Positions 50,401-58,792 are shown, counted from the first letter of the stretch. The stretch is 64,000 nucleotides of DNA from an uncultured Gammaproteobacteria bacterium (GCA_964627525.1 CAZVIA010000005.1:6078-70077); one strand, 5' to 3'. Notes: generated by a model from the letters alone, not told the origin. Translations and numbers: made by a program.

Positions 50401-51239
50401 TTATCCCCAGTTGTAAATGTCACACTACAAGTACTACCAAGTCCACATTTTAATTTTTTACCATCTTTTGATAACACTCCATTTTTTCCATCTTTTACAT
50501 CCACAACATATTGTGTGTTTCTATCAAGACAACCTGTTGCTTCAGCTGTACCACAGTCTTTTGCAGACTTCATTGCCACCATACTGTCATCTATATCATA
50601 ATCAACATCAATTGCTTTACTAGATCCTGTTTTACGCAAAATTATATTTTTTTCAACACTTTCAGAATCAACATCCATTGAAAAATTAATTTTTACGCTT
50701 ACATTATAAATAGGAACATTACCACTTGGTACAATACTTTGAACTGTAAAATTCTTTATTGAACCACCACCGCCAGTCCCACCTGTTCCTCCTCCACCTC
50801 CACCACTACTATCTGAATCACTTGAACTAAATTGAGTACCAGTTGCATCACCTAGTGAGCTTAAAACAAATTGCGTAATTGAAAATGACAAAATAATTAT
50901 CATCAATCCAATCAAACCATTTTTCAAAATCTTTTTAGCTAACAAAATCTTATCTTCATTTCCACCAGCAGTCATCCAAATAAATCCACCATACAAAACA
51001 ATCAAGATCGCCAAAATTCCCAAAAAACCAAGAACCACACGAACTATTTTTGCGATTGTAACTTTTATGTCCTGATCTCCTAATTGAGATGCTTCTTGAA
51101 AATCACCTAAACTTGTATCAATTTGTGCTAAAACTTCTCCAGCTCCAACAAATGCAAAAACAGCAAACACCAAAGCAAACACTATTAAAAAGTTTTTGTA
51201 TTTAGACTTTGATTTAAATTTTGAGAAAAATGATCTCAT
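41424..51239 (-). CDS. Giant (3271 aa) surface protein: TrbC/VirB2-like pilin N-terminus, Ig-like/IPT domains, Cys-rich CGDG..E.CD repeats
   Basis: YGGFIWMTAGGNE..I..AKK.L.NG.IGL; ITI.G.NFG (IPT/TIG); CGNK.LEPGENCDDGN...DGCSS.C repeats. Confidence 0.85.
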   Translation of the reverse strand: MRSFFSKFKSKSKYKNFLIVFALVFAVFAFVGAGEVLAQIDTSLGDFQEASQLGDQDIKVTIAKIVRVVLGFLGILAILIVLYGGFIWMTAGGNEDKILLAKKILKNGLIGLMIIILSFSITQFVLSSLGDATGTQFSSSDSDSSGGGGGGTGGTGGGGSIKNFTVQSIVPSGNVPIYNVSVKINFSMDVDSESVEKNIILRKTGSSKAIDVDYDIDDSMVAMKSAKDCGTAEATGCLDRNTQYVVDVKDGKNGVLSKDGKKLKCGLGSTCSVTFTTGDKLDLKAPSVEITSPDEGAMIPKNSNVTIGAKVDDDVGVGLVEFFVENEKVGFKKLDYPIGLPTTVSISFDTGQFSNDSEIAVKAIAYDFDGHKTESDEIKLSLAPEHCFDGIKTADTDEIGIDCSPDGGDCGKCKNSGCDKNSDCASGVCSTPAELPQKLLDNSSEFSKWEVGSGFVVKENKLKSPSGDLTGAAVEVLESQNNILQKVFSQKTQGNTFTFTLWLRKILSRSAPREVSVVFSNLLDRGTYDEAESKKIEVTNQWVKYSITKTFEKPAEQLRLHIGCDECERGESFVLYGADLSWDKTKDTTNTEVKKCVELPTITEVSPRGGGAPNWVTIFGKYFGEQGTVSFIDEDGKNIKKFTASKAQCAGNSSWTDNMIIVEVPQNLVLDKKYPIEVKNQFGEDRTDDDRGNFLPEVFQVKEGDSTAPGLCSVSPPSDKPDSLVQVFGKNLSIDAAKQYIRIGGQTAIMKTLAINKVGVNVPNMSVGNYLVEAEVNGKKSNPVPFEVLGEGAKPAPSIISLSDERGPVGQYITITGKNFGKYKNLVKFISLTPDLVPTDLVVLGDFEFPEMCSKLGTWSDASIIVKVPQAASGNYHLLVSRNDSDNDPNNNNSNSIKFEIIDGVPKPGLCALAPDNGPEKLKVTLHGKNFGTEKGKVSFGDLEASVDANDWYEDVIYTTVPMGATSGPVKIKNASALTSNEKFFTIKNCNEDKKACTEDEQCCGDGACIPKTDTDSGDALKCGSFNIPVASYTYSFFTGKSSPNPNNFPPTVIEECTGSALPSPSPWEDHPGGTSVCKSVPVGVKFSIPIDQTTLKLGQGVNSSMLLYKCEGDEEKGEEVCGVFNDNPVDFVYQMYIGNGGAYQSYLANFITQNFAPNTWYMGVLKDTITGLENGMSMVPDGTCEGTPAELAGGAYCFKFKTHEDGTDCKLGGLVVSPSEFTVDGADGLQENTSLIMDPKGEYLVDEEGVQILDEEGKKIRVYNPLAWNVMGVAKESNCFLYDNCFGFGSSMSWGSDNESVVIPKKVVGANSCQSHMKVTGESKEAALETGSVSVVPAVVTATHLQTKITDDALIFVDYGAPQVMQQCGSGMESPSPWVGHAGGEEICKNAIVNVVFSQKMDANTFSNSNFYVQKCIGKVDQIGEDGEEIPGEVDHECEALSPMLGSLVQTYVFDDTKDGAILKVVGAAGGMNHIGFDPDTWYRVGLNNGLKNTNSIPMEINTSCDVARNESYCYIFKTRESKELCKVESVEVNPNRYTASSLGWVSETLENGEEIIVEYKAEAKPENSCVVLDSSYYQWTWEVSDEDYKYVEFYDDLDGYEGQKFEDTYPEIVVDAKAETPANTPATILASVKDKVGKGELSVKVKSSEISSYYPFCSAVCVNAQVGIEFDKPVKKQSIRLNSSTFNPAKAASILVLECENESCLFDTDENGLLTKEVESLKLPYTLQVPNYWVTNKIILNGYTLPPNKYHRVLVLLGENGLISKSGVGIPITSIPEESRYPLGENSRYFSWVFKSKNNTQNCEISEAGLVPVETVVSGPGIVRGFEVEARGSVDNCNPTEGQLLDAGSYDWSWSVLPSSVAQLVGGKESKIKTLKESPYCTDSCLAKGSQPKGTSVCGNKVLEPGENCDDGNIRSDDGCSSICLNEGADSPNSVCGDGEVQYMADLGGEDCDGGEGCSEVCTWLGSNSTVAECGNKDVGIGEECDDADPEYGMYCSGCLWTGTPPSYTACNKLKSEDLDAQCVGVAVCGNGINEPGEDLYCDGFVKNNLENSCSEFCVMEGRGPKQQGDADWCGNGEVEIAKGESCDDGNIISGDGCSSTCLLEGSSAQRGSFCGDGTTQFDEASSCEKAGAYVGVSASNHIQYITGLEGGDVVDNKRTAEVKASTSLPFAVGSVDAEGKYVIQCGFTSDAQCGDVNTLGVGNDACCYGRPNVISEKPISSGVCRNTMMTAEFNEKIYPNSLTDNVSVYIKTNTEEACTKAGGTVTQKFTKNINDPWYRRAWLSVVNFVREMLDVEPAYALFDCEGVVDFEIQLADAQEIIEGKVVNRSKLFIIPTEVLKANTTYYVNLGKDIKNEKSISMHQDKSWQFTTGLEVCDIDRVSVEPGKYVFFVPGIEGAGNFIAIAETVINGVAQPLIQTNDYEWEWSWLVSNETIAQIENVSDDGDVVIVSALPNKGSAILRATATITHDTFFNPSTVENEYYGIAELTNTMCENPWPEYQNSQFPLIDSSHNFSTWYCRGNGTQDLLPGLTKGQLVSTADDPNLLKAFFLQNQDNGDAIGVRVQKNLKHLSPMDWYNEQGFPGNPEVIEIDGYQAIVDGATIYISAVNVATENNNHKLTPGSNDKGKFNERYTNIYIISHNDTASAETKIIYKQLIDNLEFNVNLNKEWDQGVCASIKESKKAYNILQPEIQCTSELECLAEAPTAEEKIIPGSEEYIDCLSVKKQMQRDMVRLSDLQKIKQAVEIYKMQNTNAPLLQQGTYIPSMSVSAWDSWQAQLGSVLGIEMPLDPLNEFRIGCAESGANSENCWNSGSQQYQCMKRSHVYAYQSTEGGLEYKLKAELESSGPNDWKGIDLSEFDLVETCTDITSTFIGAGGVCGDGILNPSMGEQCEIGMKASYGSCVYSDASSVEYPGTFVIQCPNDCKYLPESQVNCQPTGFCGDGVLNGGEVCDNASFNGAYNNCSLDCLSEISAYGACGDGIIQENQGEVCDVWGNRCAFTNRTCSVGSESVDCEKVVDIYYKTVDGKQMVIVGVYSAGDDKVVSFVMPVEDLPAGIKTSDPEPCLKEQVQTVHASSKSESCNWDCKAFGPYCGDRLINGGEECDGDPIISETLNINVIEWCAPGKDKAYLIKGCTSDCKIEKSTDWECSETDPNAEVVYAPPPPTPPVPEKICGDASLQPEIGEECDNGVSNGNICSALYNSSCIYCSNTCKKITLTGGSCGDGVRQAQESCDNEDMSGVQCTDFGFTGGDLQCAPDCSFDKINCSI

Positions 51240-51241
51240 AA

Positions 51242-53053
51242 TTATTTAGCAGTTGGATTACACGCACTTGATGAAGGATTTCCATTACAACACCAAGGTT
51301 TTGATTCACTTGTGCCACTACACCCCATATCATCTTGCGCTGGATAAAAACAATTATTAGCCATATCCATTATTGAAGACGGCAAATGTGGAATGTATTC
51401 TCCATCTTCATAAAATTCAGTTCCATGATGGATAATAAATTGACCTCTTTCATCATAAAAATCTGCGTGCGGCTCACCTTCTGGAATTACCTCCTCATCA
51501 AATCGCTTAGAAAAACCAACTGCAATTTCTTCAGGATTATTTAATAGCATTGCATCTGAAAAACTACTGTATTGCATTGGTTTTGAAAAAGTAATTACAG
51601 GATCAAGCTCAACGTCTATTTTCGTTGCATTTACTTTTGGCAAAATATTTATAATTTTCGGAGCACTAATATCTTTGTTTCCTGAAGTTGAAAAACTATA
51701 CAAAAAATTATCTTGATCAGGACCACTACTTGTATCATCTTCATTTCCATCCAAAGAATTTCCGACCATATCAACCACACCATTATAACCAGCTGTATTT
51801 GGATAACTTAATAAATTAATAGCTGCAGCTGGCTCACCTGTTGCTGGATTGTTTAATGTTGCTGCTTTTGCCAAAACTTGAATTGCAGCTGGTCCAGGCA
51901 AACAATAAACTTCATTACCACAGGAATTTTTTCCACAAGAATTTTCAGGATCATCTGCTATATATTCAATTGTTTTATAACCATTTGTAATTCTAAAAGT
52001 TCCTTTCACTGCTGTTAAAGCATTTTCTTTTGACTCCCCAACTATTATATTATTAAAACCTTCTGTAACTTTACCAACAACTGCGAGTGGCAAAATAGGT
52101 TCATTAAAAGTAATTTGAATTCCAATGTTGCGCGGAAGTTCTTTTGTTGTGCCAATTTTAGGAAATGTAGAAACAACATGAGGTGGCTCTGAATCCACTT
52201 GAGTACTCACTTCAAACACCCAATCATAATCAGGATTTGCCAAACTAAAAATTGTTTTTCCGTTTGTGTTTAAAATTTCATTTGTTAGTCGAACTGTATA
52301 TTGAACATCTTCTGTGGATAAACCAAGATAATTTGCTGGTTTGAAAATAAAAGTTTTATTATCTGGAGCAACAGTCACTGTGACATTTTTAATTGTTTTT
52401 TCATCTAAAGTTTTTTGTGCATCAGGTCCGCTAATAGGATAAATCTGAATTGCGTTTGTATTTATTGTTTCGCCATCAATAATTGAGTTTTTATCAATCG
52501 GCATTTTAAAAGTAATTACAATCGGAGTGTTTCTTGGAATATTTTTATCCCCACGATCTGGATAATGTGATTCTAAAACAGTTCCAAGCGCACCAGAAGT
52601 TTTAAATGAAATACCTGAACCACCTGTTCCACCAGACCCACTACCAAAAAGATTTGCACCTGTTGCATCATTTAAAGATTTCAAAACAAAATAAGTAATG
52701 CTATATGCAGACATAATTATTACCAAACCAATTCCAGCATTAATTAAAATCTTTTTAGCTTTATCAATCTGATCAGGATTTCCAGCTGCAGTCATCCAAA
52801 TAAAACCACCGTACAAAACCAAACAAATCGCAATAATACCCAAGAAGCCTAAGACCACTTGAACAATATCACCAATTATGGTTTTTATATCTTTATCACC
52901 TAAACTTGTTTGCTGTTGAAATTCATCTAATTCAGTATTGATTTGCGCTGATACAATTTGTGTTTTTAAAACAAAAAAACCAGCGGCCAATATAACACAA
53001 AAAATTGCCACTAAAAACTTTTTCTTGTAACTCAATGGATGTGCCCTATCCAT
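51242..53053 (-). CDS. Pilin-like N-terminus plus Ig-like (SbsA/Big_5-like) domain protein
   Basis: YGGFIWMTAAGNP..I.KAKKIL.NA.IGL; repeated P.....PRN..I.I.F..P. Confidence 0.8.
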   Translation of the reverse strand: MDRAHPLSYKKKFLVAIFCVILAAGFFVLKTQIVSAQINTELDEFQQQTSLGDKDIKTIIGDIVQVVLGFLGIIAICLVLYGGFIWMTAAGNPDQIDKAKKILINAGIGLVIIMSAYSITYFVLKSLNDATGANLFGSGSGGTGGSGISFKTSGALGTVLESHYPDRGDKNIPRNTPIVITFKMPIDKNSIIDGETINTNAIQIYPISGPDAQKTLDEKTIKNVTVTVAPDNKTFIFKPANYLGLSTEDVQYTVRLTNEILNTNGKTIFSLANPDYDWVFEVSTQVDSEPPHVVSTFPKIGTTKELPRNIGIQITFNEPILPLAVVGKVTEGFNNIIVGESKENALTAVKGTFRITNGYKTIEYIADDPENSCGKNSCGNEVYCLPGPAAIQVLAKAATLNNPATGEPAAAINLLSYPNTAGYNGVVDMVGNSLDGNEDDTSSGPDQDNFLYSFSTSGNKDISAPKIINILPKVNATKIDVELDPVITFSKPMQYSSFSDAMLLNNPEEIAVGFSKRFDEEVIPEGEPHADFYDERGQFIIHHGTEFYEDGEYIPHLPSSIMDMANNCFYPAQDDMGCSGTSESKPWCCNGNPSSSACNPTAK

Positions 53054-53068
53054 TTAGGACAAAATTTA

Positions 53069-53509
53069 TTATCCGATCATTTCTGTCAACAATTCGCGTA
53101 CATAATTGCCGTCTGCACGACCAGAAACTTGCTTCATCACAAGCCCCATGCACTTATTCACAGAAGGTTCCTCGGACTGTTCAATTACTGAACTTATTAT
53201 ACCACGAATTTCTTGTTCAGGCATCTCCTGTGGAAGAAAATCTTTTAACACTTCTAATTCTAATTTTGTTTTTGAAATTAAGTCCTCACGACCAGCGCTT
53301 TCAAACTCTTGTAAAGCATCTTTTAATTGCTTCACTTGTGTTTTCAAAACTTTTTGCATCTCATCTTCAGATATTTCTTTTTCAGTTTTGCGCAACTCAA
53401 TTTCACGATTTTTTATTGCGGTTTTCACTAAACGCAAAATAGACAAATCAGGTTCTTTTTTGTCCCGCATTGCCTGTAGAATTTTTTCTTCAATTGTTTG
53501 TAACAACAT
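53069..53509 (-). CDS. GatB/YqeY domain protein
   Basis: AM..K....L..LR.VK..IKN.EI; GREDL; FLP..M; MG.VM....GRADG. Confidence 0.9.
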   Translation of the reverse strand: MLLQTIEEKILQAMRDKKEPDLSILRLVKTAIKNREIELRKTEKEISEDEMQKVLKTQVKQLKDALQEFESAGREDLISKTKLELEVLKDFLPQEMPEQEIRGIISSVIEQSEEPSVNKCMGLVMKQVSGRADGNYVRELLTEMIG

Positions 53510-53514
53510 AAAAT

Positions 53515-53769
53515 TTATCGTCTCTTCTTTTTTCCTCTTCCTCTAAAATCATCTTCAGTTGCTTTTCCGGACTTAATTAAATAAGTACGCTTTGCTGCCA
53601 TTTTATTTCTAACTAAAGCTGAATTTTTTTGAAGATTTTTACTTTTGGTACGCTTAAAATATTGCGTTTTTTTAGCTTGCAATAATTTTCCACTCATTGT
53701 CATTGATTTACGAAAGCGTCGCATCAATGCTTCAAAACTTTCGCCTTTGTTTTTTGTTACTTCAATCAT
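53515..53769 (-). CDS. rpsU: 30S ribosomal protein S21
   Basis: V.KN.GESFE.LMRRF.K; adjacent to yqeY-like gene. Confidence 0.8.
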   Translation of the reverse strand: MIEVTKNKGESFEALMRRFRKSMTMSGKLLQAKKTQYFKRTKSKNLQKNSALVRNKMAAKRTYLIKSGKATEDDFRGRGKKKRR

Positions 53770-53803
53770 GTAAACACCTACCTTTCTCTATTTTATTCTT
53801 ATA

Positions 53804-55276
53804 TTATTTCTTTGTTTTTTTCGTAGACTTTCTGGTCTTTTTAACCTTTTTCTTAAGTTCTGGAATAATTTTGTCAAAATCCACGACTTCCTGATTTCCA
53901 GACTCCATATCGCGAATTATCACAGTATTATCCATAACTTCCTTTTGCCCTACCAGCACAACATATGGTATCTCTTTTTCATTAGCTATGTCAAGCTGTG
54001 TTTTTAGTGCATCTTTAGCAAAATTTGCATCTAAAACATATCCTGCATCACGCAAATTATTATATAAAGCCAATGCACGACGTTTTCCTTGCTTTCCTAA
54101 TTGTGCAACAAACAAATCTGGCTTAGGCGCAGACCAAGGTTTAACCCCCCGATCCTTCATTGCCAAAACTATACGATCAATTCCAGGAGCAACACCACAT
54201 GCCGCTGTTTCTTTTCCACCCAATTGTTCCATTAACAAATCATAACGACCCCCACCACACAAAGATGATTGAGATAATTCACTATCATCATCTACTGCCA
54301 AAAACTCAAAAACGGTTTTTGTATAATAATCTAAACCACGCACCAAAAAAGTATCCACAAAATACGGAATCTCCAATTCATCTAAGTATTCCAAAACTTC
54401 TGTGAAATGTTTTTTAGAATCATCTGAAAGCCAATCAATAATTTGCGGAGCTTCCTCACGAACTTCTGCACATTGTTCTTCTTTACAATCTAACAAACGC
54501 AAAGGATTTCGCACCAAACGTTTTTGACAATTATCACACAATTCTTTTTTACGCTGACGATACCATTGAACTAATTCCATTTTATATCGTGCACGATCAT
54601 CTGGAAGTCCGATGCTATTAATATTTACACGAGTTTCAATCCCCAACTCTTTAAAAAACTGATAAGTCAACAAAATTATTTGAGCATCAGTTGCTGGAGA
54701 ATCATCTCCAATTATTTCAAAATCTGCCTGATAAAACTGTCTGTAACGACCAGCTTGTGGACGATCATAACGAAACATCGGCCCCCATAACCATAATTTT
54801 TGTGGTTGCGGACGATTAAACATTCCATTATTTATAAATGCACGACACAAAGACGCTGTTGCTTCTGGACGCAAAGCCAATTTTTTCTCATCACGATCCA
54901 GCAAAGTGTACATTTCTTTTTCAACAATATCAGTAACTTTTCCAACCGCACGCACAAACAATTCCTCTGGCTCAACCAAAGGAGTTTCAATTCTCATAAA
55001 ACCAAAATCATCTGCAATTTTTTGCGCAGTTTCATAGCACTTTCGCCAATAAGGTTCGTCTTCTGGTAAAATATCTCGCATCCCACGAACAGTTTGAGGA
55101 GTTCTAATTTTTTTCTTTTTCGGCTCTTGATCCTCTTGTGGCTCTGGCTTTTTTACTTCAGTTTTCTTCTCTGGCTTTTTATCCTCTGGTTTTTTATCGA
55201 CTTTTTTGTCTAATTTTTTATCAGACTTTTTGTCTTCAGGTTTTTTGTCGACTTTTTTCGTAATTTTCTTAGTCAT
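53804..55276 (-). CDS. hisS: Histidine--tRNA ligase (Lys-rich N-terminal extension)
   Basis: RGMRDILP, LRPEAT, FRYDRPQAGRYRQFYQ, LVRGLDYY, GGGRYD. Confidence 0.97.
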   Translation of the reverse strand: MTKKITKKVDKKPEDKKSDKKLDKKVDKKPEDKKPEKKTEVKKPEPQEDQEPKKKKIRTPQTVRGMRDILPEDEPYWRKCYETAQKIADDFGFMRIETPLVEPEELFVRAVGKVTDIVEKEMYTLLDRDEKKLALRPEATASLCRAFINNGMFNRPQPQKLWLWGPMFRYDRPQAGRYRQFYQADFEIIGDDSPATDAQIILLTYQFFKELGIETRVNINSIGLPDDRARYKMELVQWYRQRKKELCDNCQKRLVRNPLRLLDCKEEQCAEVREEAPQIIDWLSDDSKKHFTEVLEYLDELEIPYFVDTFLVRGLDYYTKTVFEFLAVDDDSELSQSSLCGGGRYDLLMEQLGGKETAACGVAPGIDRIVLAMKDRGVKPWSAPKPDLFVAQLGKQGKRRALALYNNLRDAGYVLDANFAKDALKTQLDIANEKEIPYVVLVGQKEVMDNTVIIRDMESGNQEVVDFDKIIPELKKKVKKTRKSTKKTKK

Positions 55277-55280
55277 ATTT

Positions 55281-55892
55281 TTACAAATTATATTCTGGCT
55301 GATCCATCAACCCAAATTCTTCAATTGGCCAACCTCGTAACCATGCTCGACCAATAATATCATCACGCATAACAGCTCCCATTTTGCGCGAATCCAAACT
55401 TACGTTTCTATTGTCTCCTAAAACAAAATACTCATCCTCATTTAAAGTCACTGTAAGTTCACCAGTTGTATAAACTGCATCCTCTAAATAATCTTCTTCT
55501 GCAACCACAACTCCGTTTTCATTTTCAGAATTATAAACCACAACTTTTCCTGACTGAACTTTTATTTTTTCACCCGGCAAACCAATAATTCTTTTTAAGA
55601 AAAATTCTCGTTTGTCATTTTCTCTCCTAAAAACTATTACTTCACCACGTTTTGGCTCTGAAAACCTATAAGTGATCTCATCAATGATTAAATACTGCTT
55701 TTCATAATAATTCGGCTCCATGCTTGCACCTTTTACATAAAAAGGTTTAAACAAAAAATATCGCACCATTCCAATTGTTATAATAGTAAGTAACGCGATT
55801 TTTGCGAACTCTATAAAAAAAACTTTTGTTGCATATCCGCGAGATGATTTGTCTTGCTCGCTTTGATCATATAGACCTGGATCTTCTAACAT
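55281..55892 (-). CDS. lepB: Signal peptidase I
   Basis: V.GASMEP, KRIIGLPGE, YFVLGDNR..S.DSR. Confidence 0.95.
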   Translation of the reverse strand: MLEDPGLYDQSEQDKSSRGYATKVFFIEFAKIALLTIITIGMVRYFLFKPFYVKGASMEPNYYEKQYLIIDEITYRFSEPKRGEVIVFRRENDKREFFLKRIIGLPGEKIKVQSGKVVVYNSENENGVVVAEEDYLEDAVYTTGELTVTLNEDEYFVLGDNRNVSLDSRKMGAVMRDDIIGRAWLRGWPIEEFGLMDQPEYNL

Positions 55893-56039
55893 ATTTTGCT
55901 TATTTTGCTAATAAAATGCACTTCTAGGGGCTAGTATAGCATGGATTTTAGGGTTGTGCAAGATTAGGGTAAAAAAGGAAAAACACCTTGAGGACAGCCT
56001 GCTTAGAACAGATGTGCTTTATCTCAAAGTGTTTTTAGG

Positions 56040-56562
56040 TTAGGTTTGGGCTGTGAGAACGTCGAAGATAATCCAACGAATGGTTATCTCACAACCCAAG
56101 TTATTGATGTGCCTTGAACACGCGTGCTGTATTTTATGGAACCAGTATCTCAAGGCGTAAAATGTTGTGTGTTTAAATCGGGAAGTCAGGACTGTTCGCA
56201 GGCTCGCAACGCGCAAAAGCACGAAGCGCCCGAGCAAACTCCATTTTCCTTTGAAGTCGTTCGAAAATGTCTGGCATTGTCAAACGCACAGGCATTGTGC
56301 TGCGACAGTCTTGTTGAAACTGCCAGTTGTGGTGACACAGATTTCTCTGCTGTTCCAGACCATTCCTGCCATACTCGTGAGAAAACGCCCAATGACGCAA
56401 CTGGTTGTGCCAACCATACCAGTATTTACCACCAAGACGGCAGTAGACCAGCTTTGCCAAGGTCAGCAAAAACACAGTCCAATGCTTGTCTACAGCATAG
56501 AACTGGTTTCCAAATGCAACCACAAACCTTCGTTTGGATTGCTTTTGAACCAAAGACGACAT
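56040..56562 (-). pseudogene. Hypothetical accessory gene, probably frameshifted
   Basis: SD GGGAGGGAG and ATG 56562; the ORF stops at 56173, an overlapping frame continues to 56040, and a terminator-like hairpin (55979-56036) follows. Confidence 0.4.
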
Positions 56563-56757
56563 CTCTCCCTCCCTTTTGCCAGCCCCCTGTGACTAGCTAA
56601 GTTATAATAGCAAGTTTGGGGAGTTTGTCAAGTTTGAGTTGCTCTGGCGCACCCCAATACCAAGCATTGGAGTTTGACGTTTCGCTTAGTCAAGCACCCC
56701 CTTGTGGTTAAGTTTAAAATTATAAATTGTATAATGTGGTAGGAAAATATGTATGTC

Positions 56758-56889
56758 GCCTAACGTTCCAGAATATGCGATGTTTGCCCGTGGTAAAATT
56801 TGCGACCGGCGGGAGCTTACCACGGGCAAATATGGGTGCAGCGAGGAGGAGGTACGACGACGAACGGAACCGCATATTCTGTGTTGTAC
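56758..56889. repeat. attC-like site 1
   Basis: GCCTAAC gttc CAGAATATGCG ... CGCATATTCTG t GTTGTAC. Confidence 0.85.
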
Positions 56890-56928
56890 GATGTAATGAA
56901 AAATTTATCCATTAAAAATTATTTGGGG

Positions 56929-57747
56929 CTACTTTTTTGGGTAAGGAATTGGGAAAACTCCTTTTAACTTCATGACGGCAGGTGAAGCAGTTTTTGCATT
57001 CACTTTTGCCATAAAGTTGTACTTTTTAAGTGATGTAAGTGCGCTCGGACTCATTTCAGAGTGATACTTGTTGATTAGCTCAGCTGTTGCACTGCCAACG
57101 AAATAGCAAAGTACATGGTTTGCGGCTTCAAGTGTGCGCTCCAGAATATCTGTACGGTAGTGCATAGATGTTTGATCTGACAATATGCAAGACAAGTCTT
57201 TTTCTTTGCTTTGCACTATTTGTTCCAGGACTTCTTCATCTACAAAGTTATGTGCTTCGTCGAGTCCGAGCGAACGATTTTCGCCGCCAACGATTTGCAA
57301 AAACTGCTTCACAAGGTATAAACCGAGTTCTCTTGCTACACCTGTACCCAAACTACGATAATCCAACTTGCAGAGGAGAAACTTTTGGCCGTCCTTTTTC
57401 ATTTCCTCAAAGTGGATTTCCTTCTGGAATTTTGCAATGTTTTCATCAAGTGTTCCGGTCACTGCTTCAAATATCGCAACTTTGTTAGCTTTGTCTGCTG
57501 GAATGTAAGATTGAACATCTTTGATAAGATCCCCGTAAGGATCAATCAACATGCCACCTCGACTGTTGTGGATGTCTGAAATTATTATGTCTTCAAGAGT
57601 GACGGATTTGCCTTGGCCGGAACGTCCAAATAAATGCAAAATTCCAGGACGTTCTTCTGGAGAAAGGCCAAAAGTTTCTCCGTTTTCTTGTGCACCGATT
57701 GGTGTTAACCCTTCCTTGATGATGTTTTCCATAGTGTTTGTGCTCAT
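56929..57747 (-). CDS. Short VirD4/TraG/HerA-like P-loop ATPase (cassette 1)
   Basis: Walker A GRSGQGKS, IDPYGDL, Walker B LDEAHNF. Confidence 0.7.
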   Translation of the reverse strand: MSTNTMENIIKEGLTPIGAQENGETFGLSPEERPGILHLFGRSGQGKSVTLEDIIISDIHNSRGGMLIDPYGDLIKDVQSYIPADKANKVAIFEAVTGTLDENIAKFQKEIHFEEMKKDGQKFLLCKLDYRSLGTGVARELGLYLVKQFLQIVGGENRSLGLDEAHNFVDEEVLEQIVQSKEKDLSCILSDQTSMHYRTDILERTLEAANHVLCYFVGSATAELINKYHSEMSPSALTSLKKYNFMAKVNAKTASPAVMKLKGVFPIPYPKK

Positions 57748-57821
57748 ATGAATTAGTTAGTTAATTAGTAAATTGTGAAAAAAGTAGCCCCAAATACATT
57801 ATAAAAATTTTTCATTATTTC

Positions 57822-57922
57822 GTACAACGTTAGGTATAAGCGAAGTTTTGCAGAGCTGAAAAGCGGAGCAAAATTTGCGTGAGCCCCGAGCCGAGGGGCG
57901 AACCGCTTATACCTTGTTAAAC
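57822..57922. repeat. attC-like site 2
   Basis: GTACAAC gtt AGGTATAAGCG ... CGCTTATACCT t GTTAAAC. Confidence 0.85.
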
Positions 57923-58026
57923 GACCCGAGGTCTGCCTTCCTTATTATAATTATTTAAGAAAAGGCAGGCCGAGAGCGCAGCGGGGCGCGACTGGAAGGA
58001 GCGAGTTTATAATTTTTTGTAAATTT

Positions 58027-58677
58027 TTATATGGTCTCATCATTATTTCTTCCAAGGTTACATTTACTGCAAAGTGTTCTTAGGTTTTTTACTTCATTGC
58101 TTCCGTCCTTTGAGAAGGGTTTTATGTGGTCAACATGCAAGATCACACCTCTCTGGGTGGCTGGACTTCTACCACACATTACACAAGAAAAATTATCTCG
58201 TTTTAATATCTGCAACCTCTTTTTTTCATTTATCGTTCTTGATTTTGCAGTACTTTTTTGGTTGAGTAATTTTTCGAATTGTATATCACCCTTCTTGTAT
58301 TTTATAAACGCACTGCAAGCTTTCATCCAGCCACCCCAACGGTTAATATATGGCTTTGCAGTAAACTCTGAGAGAGGAGACTTCATTTCACTATAAAATG
58401 GCTGCCTACCAAGAGAACGCCAAATTTTTTCTAAGTTATTAAAAAGAACTTTTTCAGTAATTTTATGTTCTCTTATTATATCTAGTCCGGCTTTTTGAAC
58501 AGCTTTATTCCATGAACCAAATCTATTAATAAATACTTTGGTTGAAAAAGTGCCATGCTTAACATAGTCGCGAAAACTAACATTATTCTTTTTAAGTTTC
58601 TTGGCGACTTTTCGTAGGTCTTTTAGTAATTCTTCATTACTAGAAAATTTGGCGTTCGTCCGTAGTTTAAAATCCAT
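58027..58677 (-). CDS. HNH endonuclease with N-terminal RFGSW..A-type repeats (cassette 2)
   Basis: RDNF.C..CG...LHVDHI.P...G.N...NL.TLC..CN. Confidence 0.88.
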   Translation of the reverse strand: MDFKLRTNAKFSSNEELLKDLRKVAKKLKKNNVSFRDYVKHGTFSTKVFINRFGSWNKAVQKAGLDIIREHKITEKVLFNNLEKIWRSLGRQPFYSEMKSPLSEFTAKPYINRWGGWMKACSAFIKYKKGDIQFEKLLNQKSTAKSRTINEKKRLQILKRDNFSCVMCGRSPATQRGVILHVDHIKPFSKDGSNEVKNLRTLCSKCNLGRNNDETI

Positions 58678-58704
58678 AAAAATTTACAAAAAATTATAAA
58701 TTTC

Positions 58705-58792
58705 ATTTAACGTCGGAATTATGAGAAGTCGCCGAAGGCGATTTGGGTGGAGAAGTCTGCAAGACTTCGTAACCTCATAATCCTTGTTATAT
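58705..58792. repeat. attC-like site 3
   Basis: ATTTAAC gtc GGAATTATGAG ... CTCATAATCC tt GTTATAT. Confidence 0.8.

Noticed and set aside
55140-55270. Repeats at the hisS 5' end
   Set aside because: In-frame low-complexity KKVDKKPEDKK extension; not a separate element
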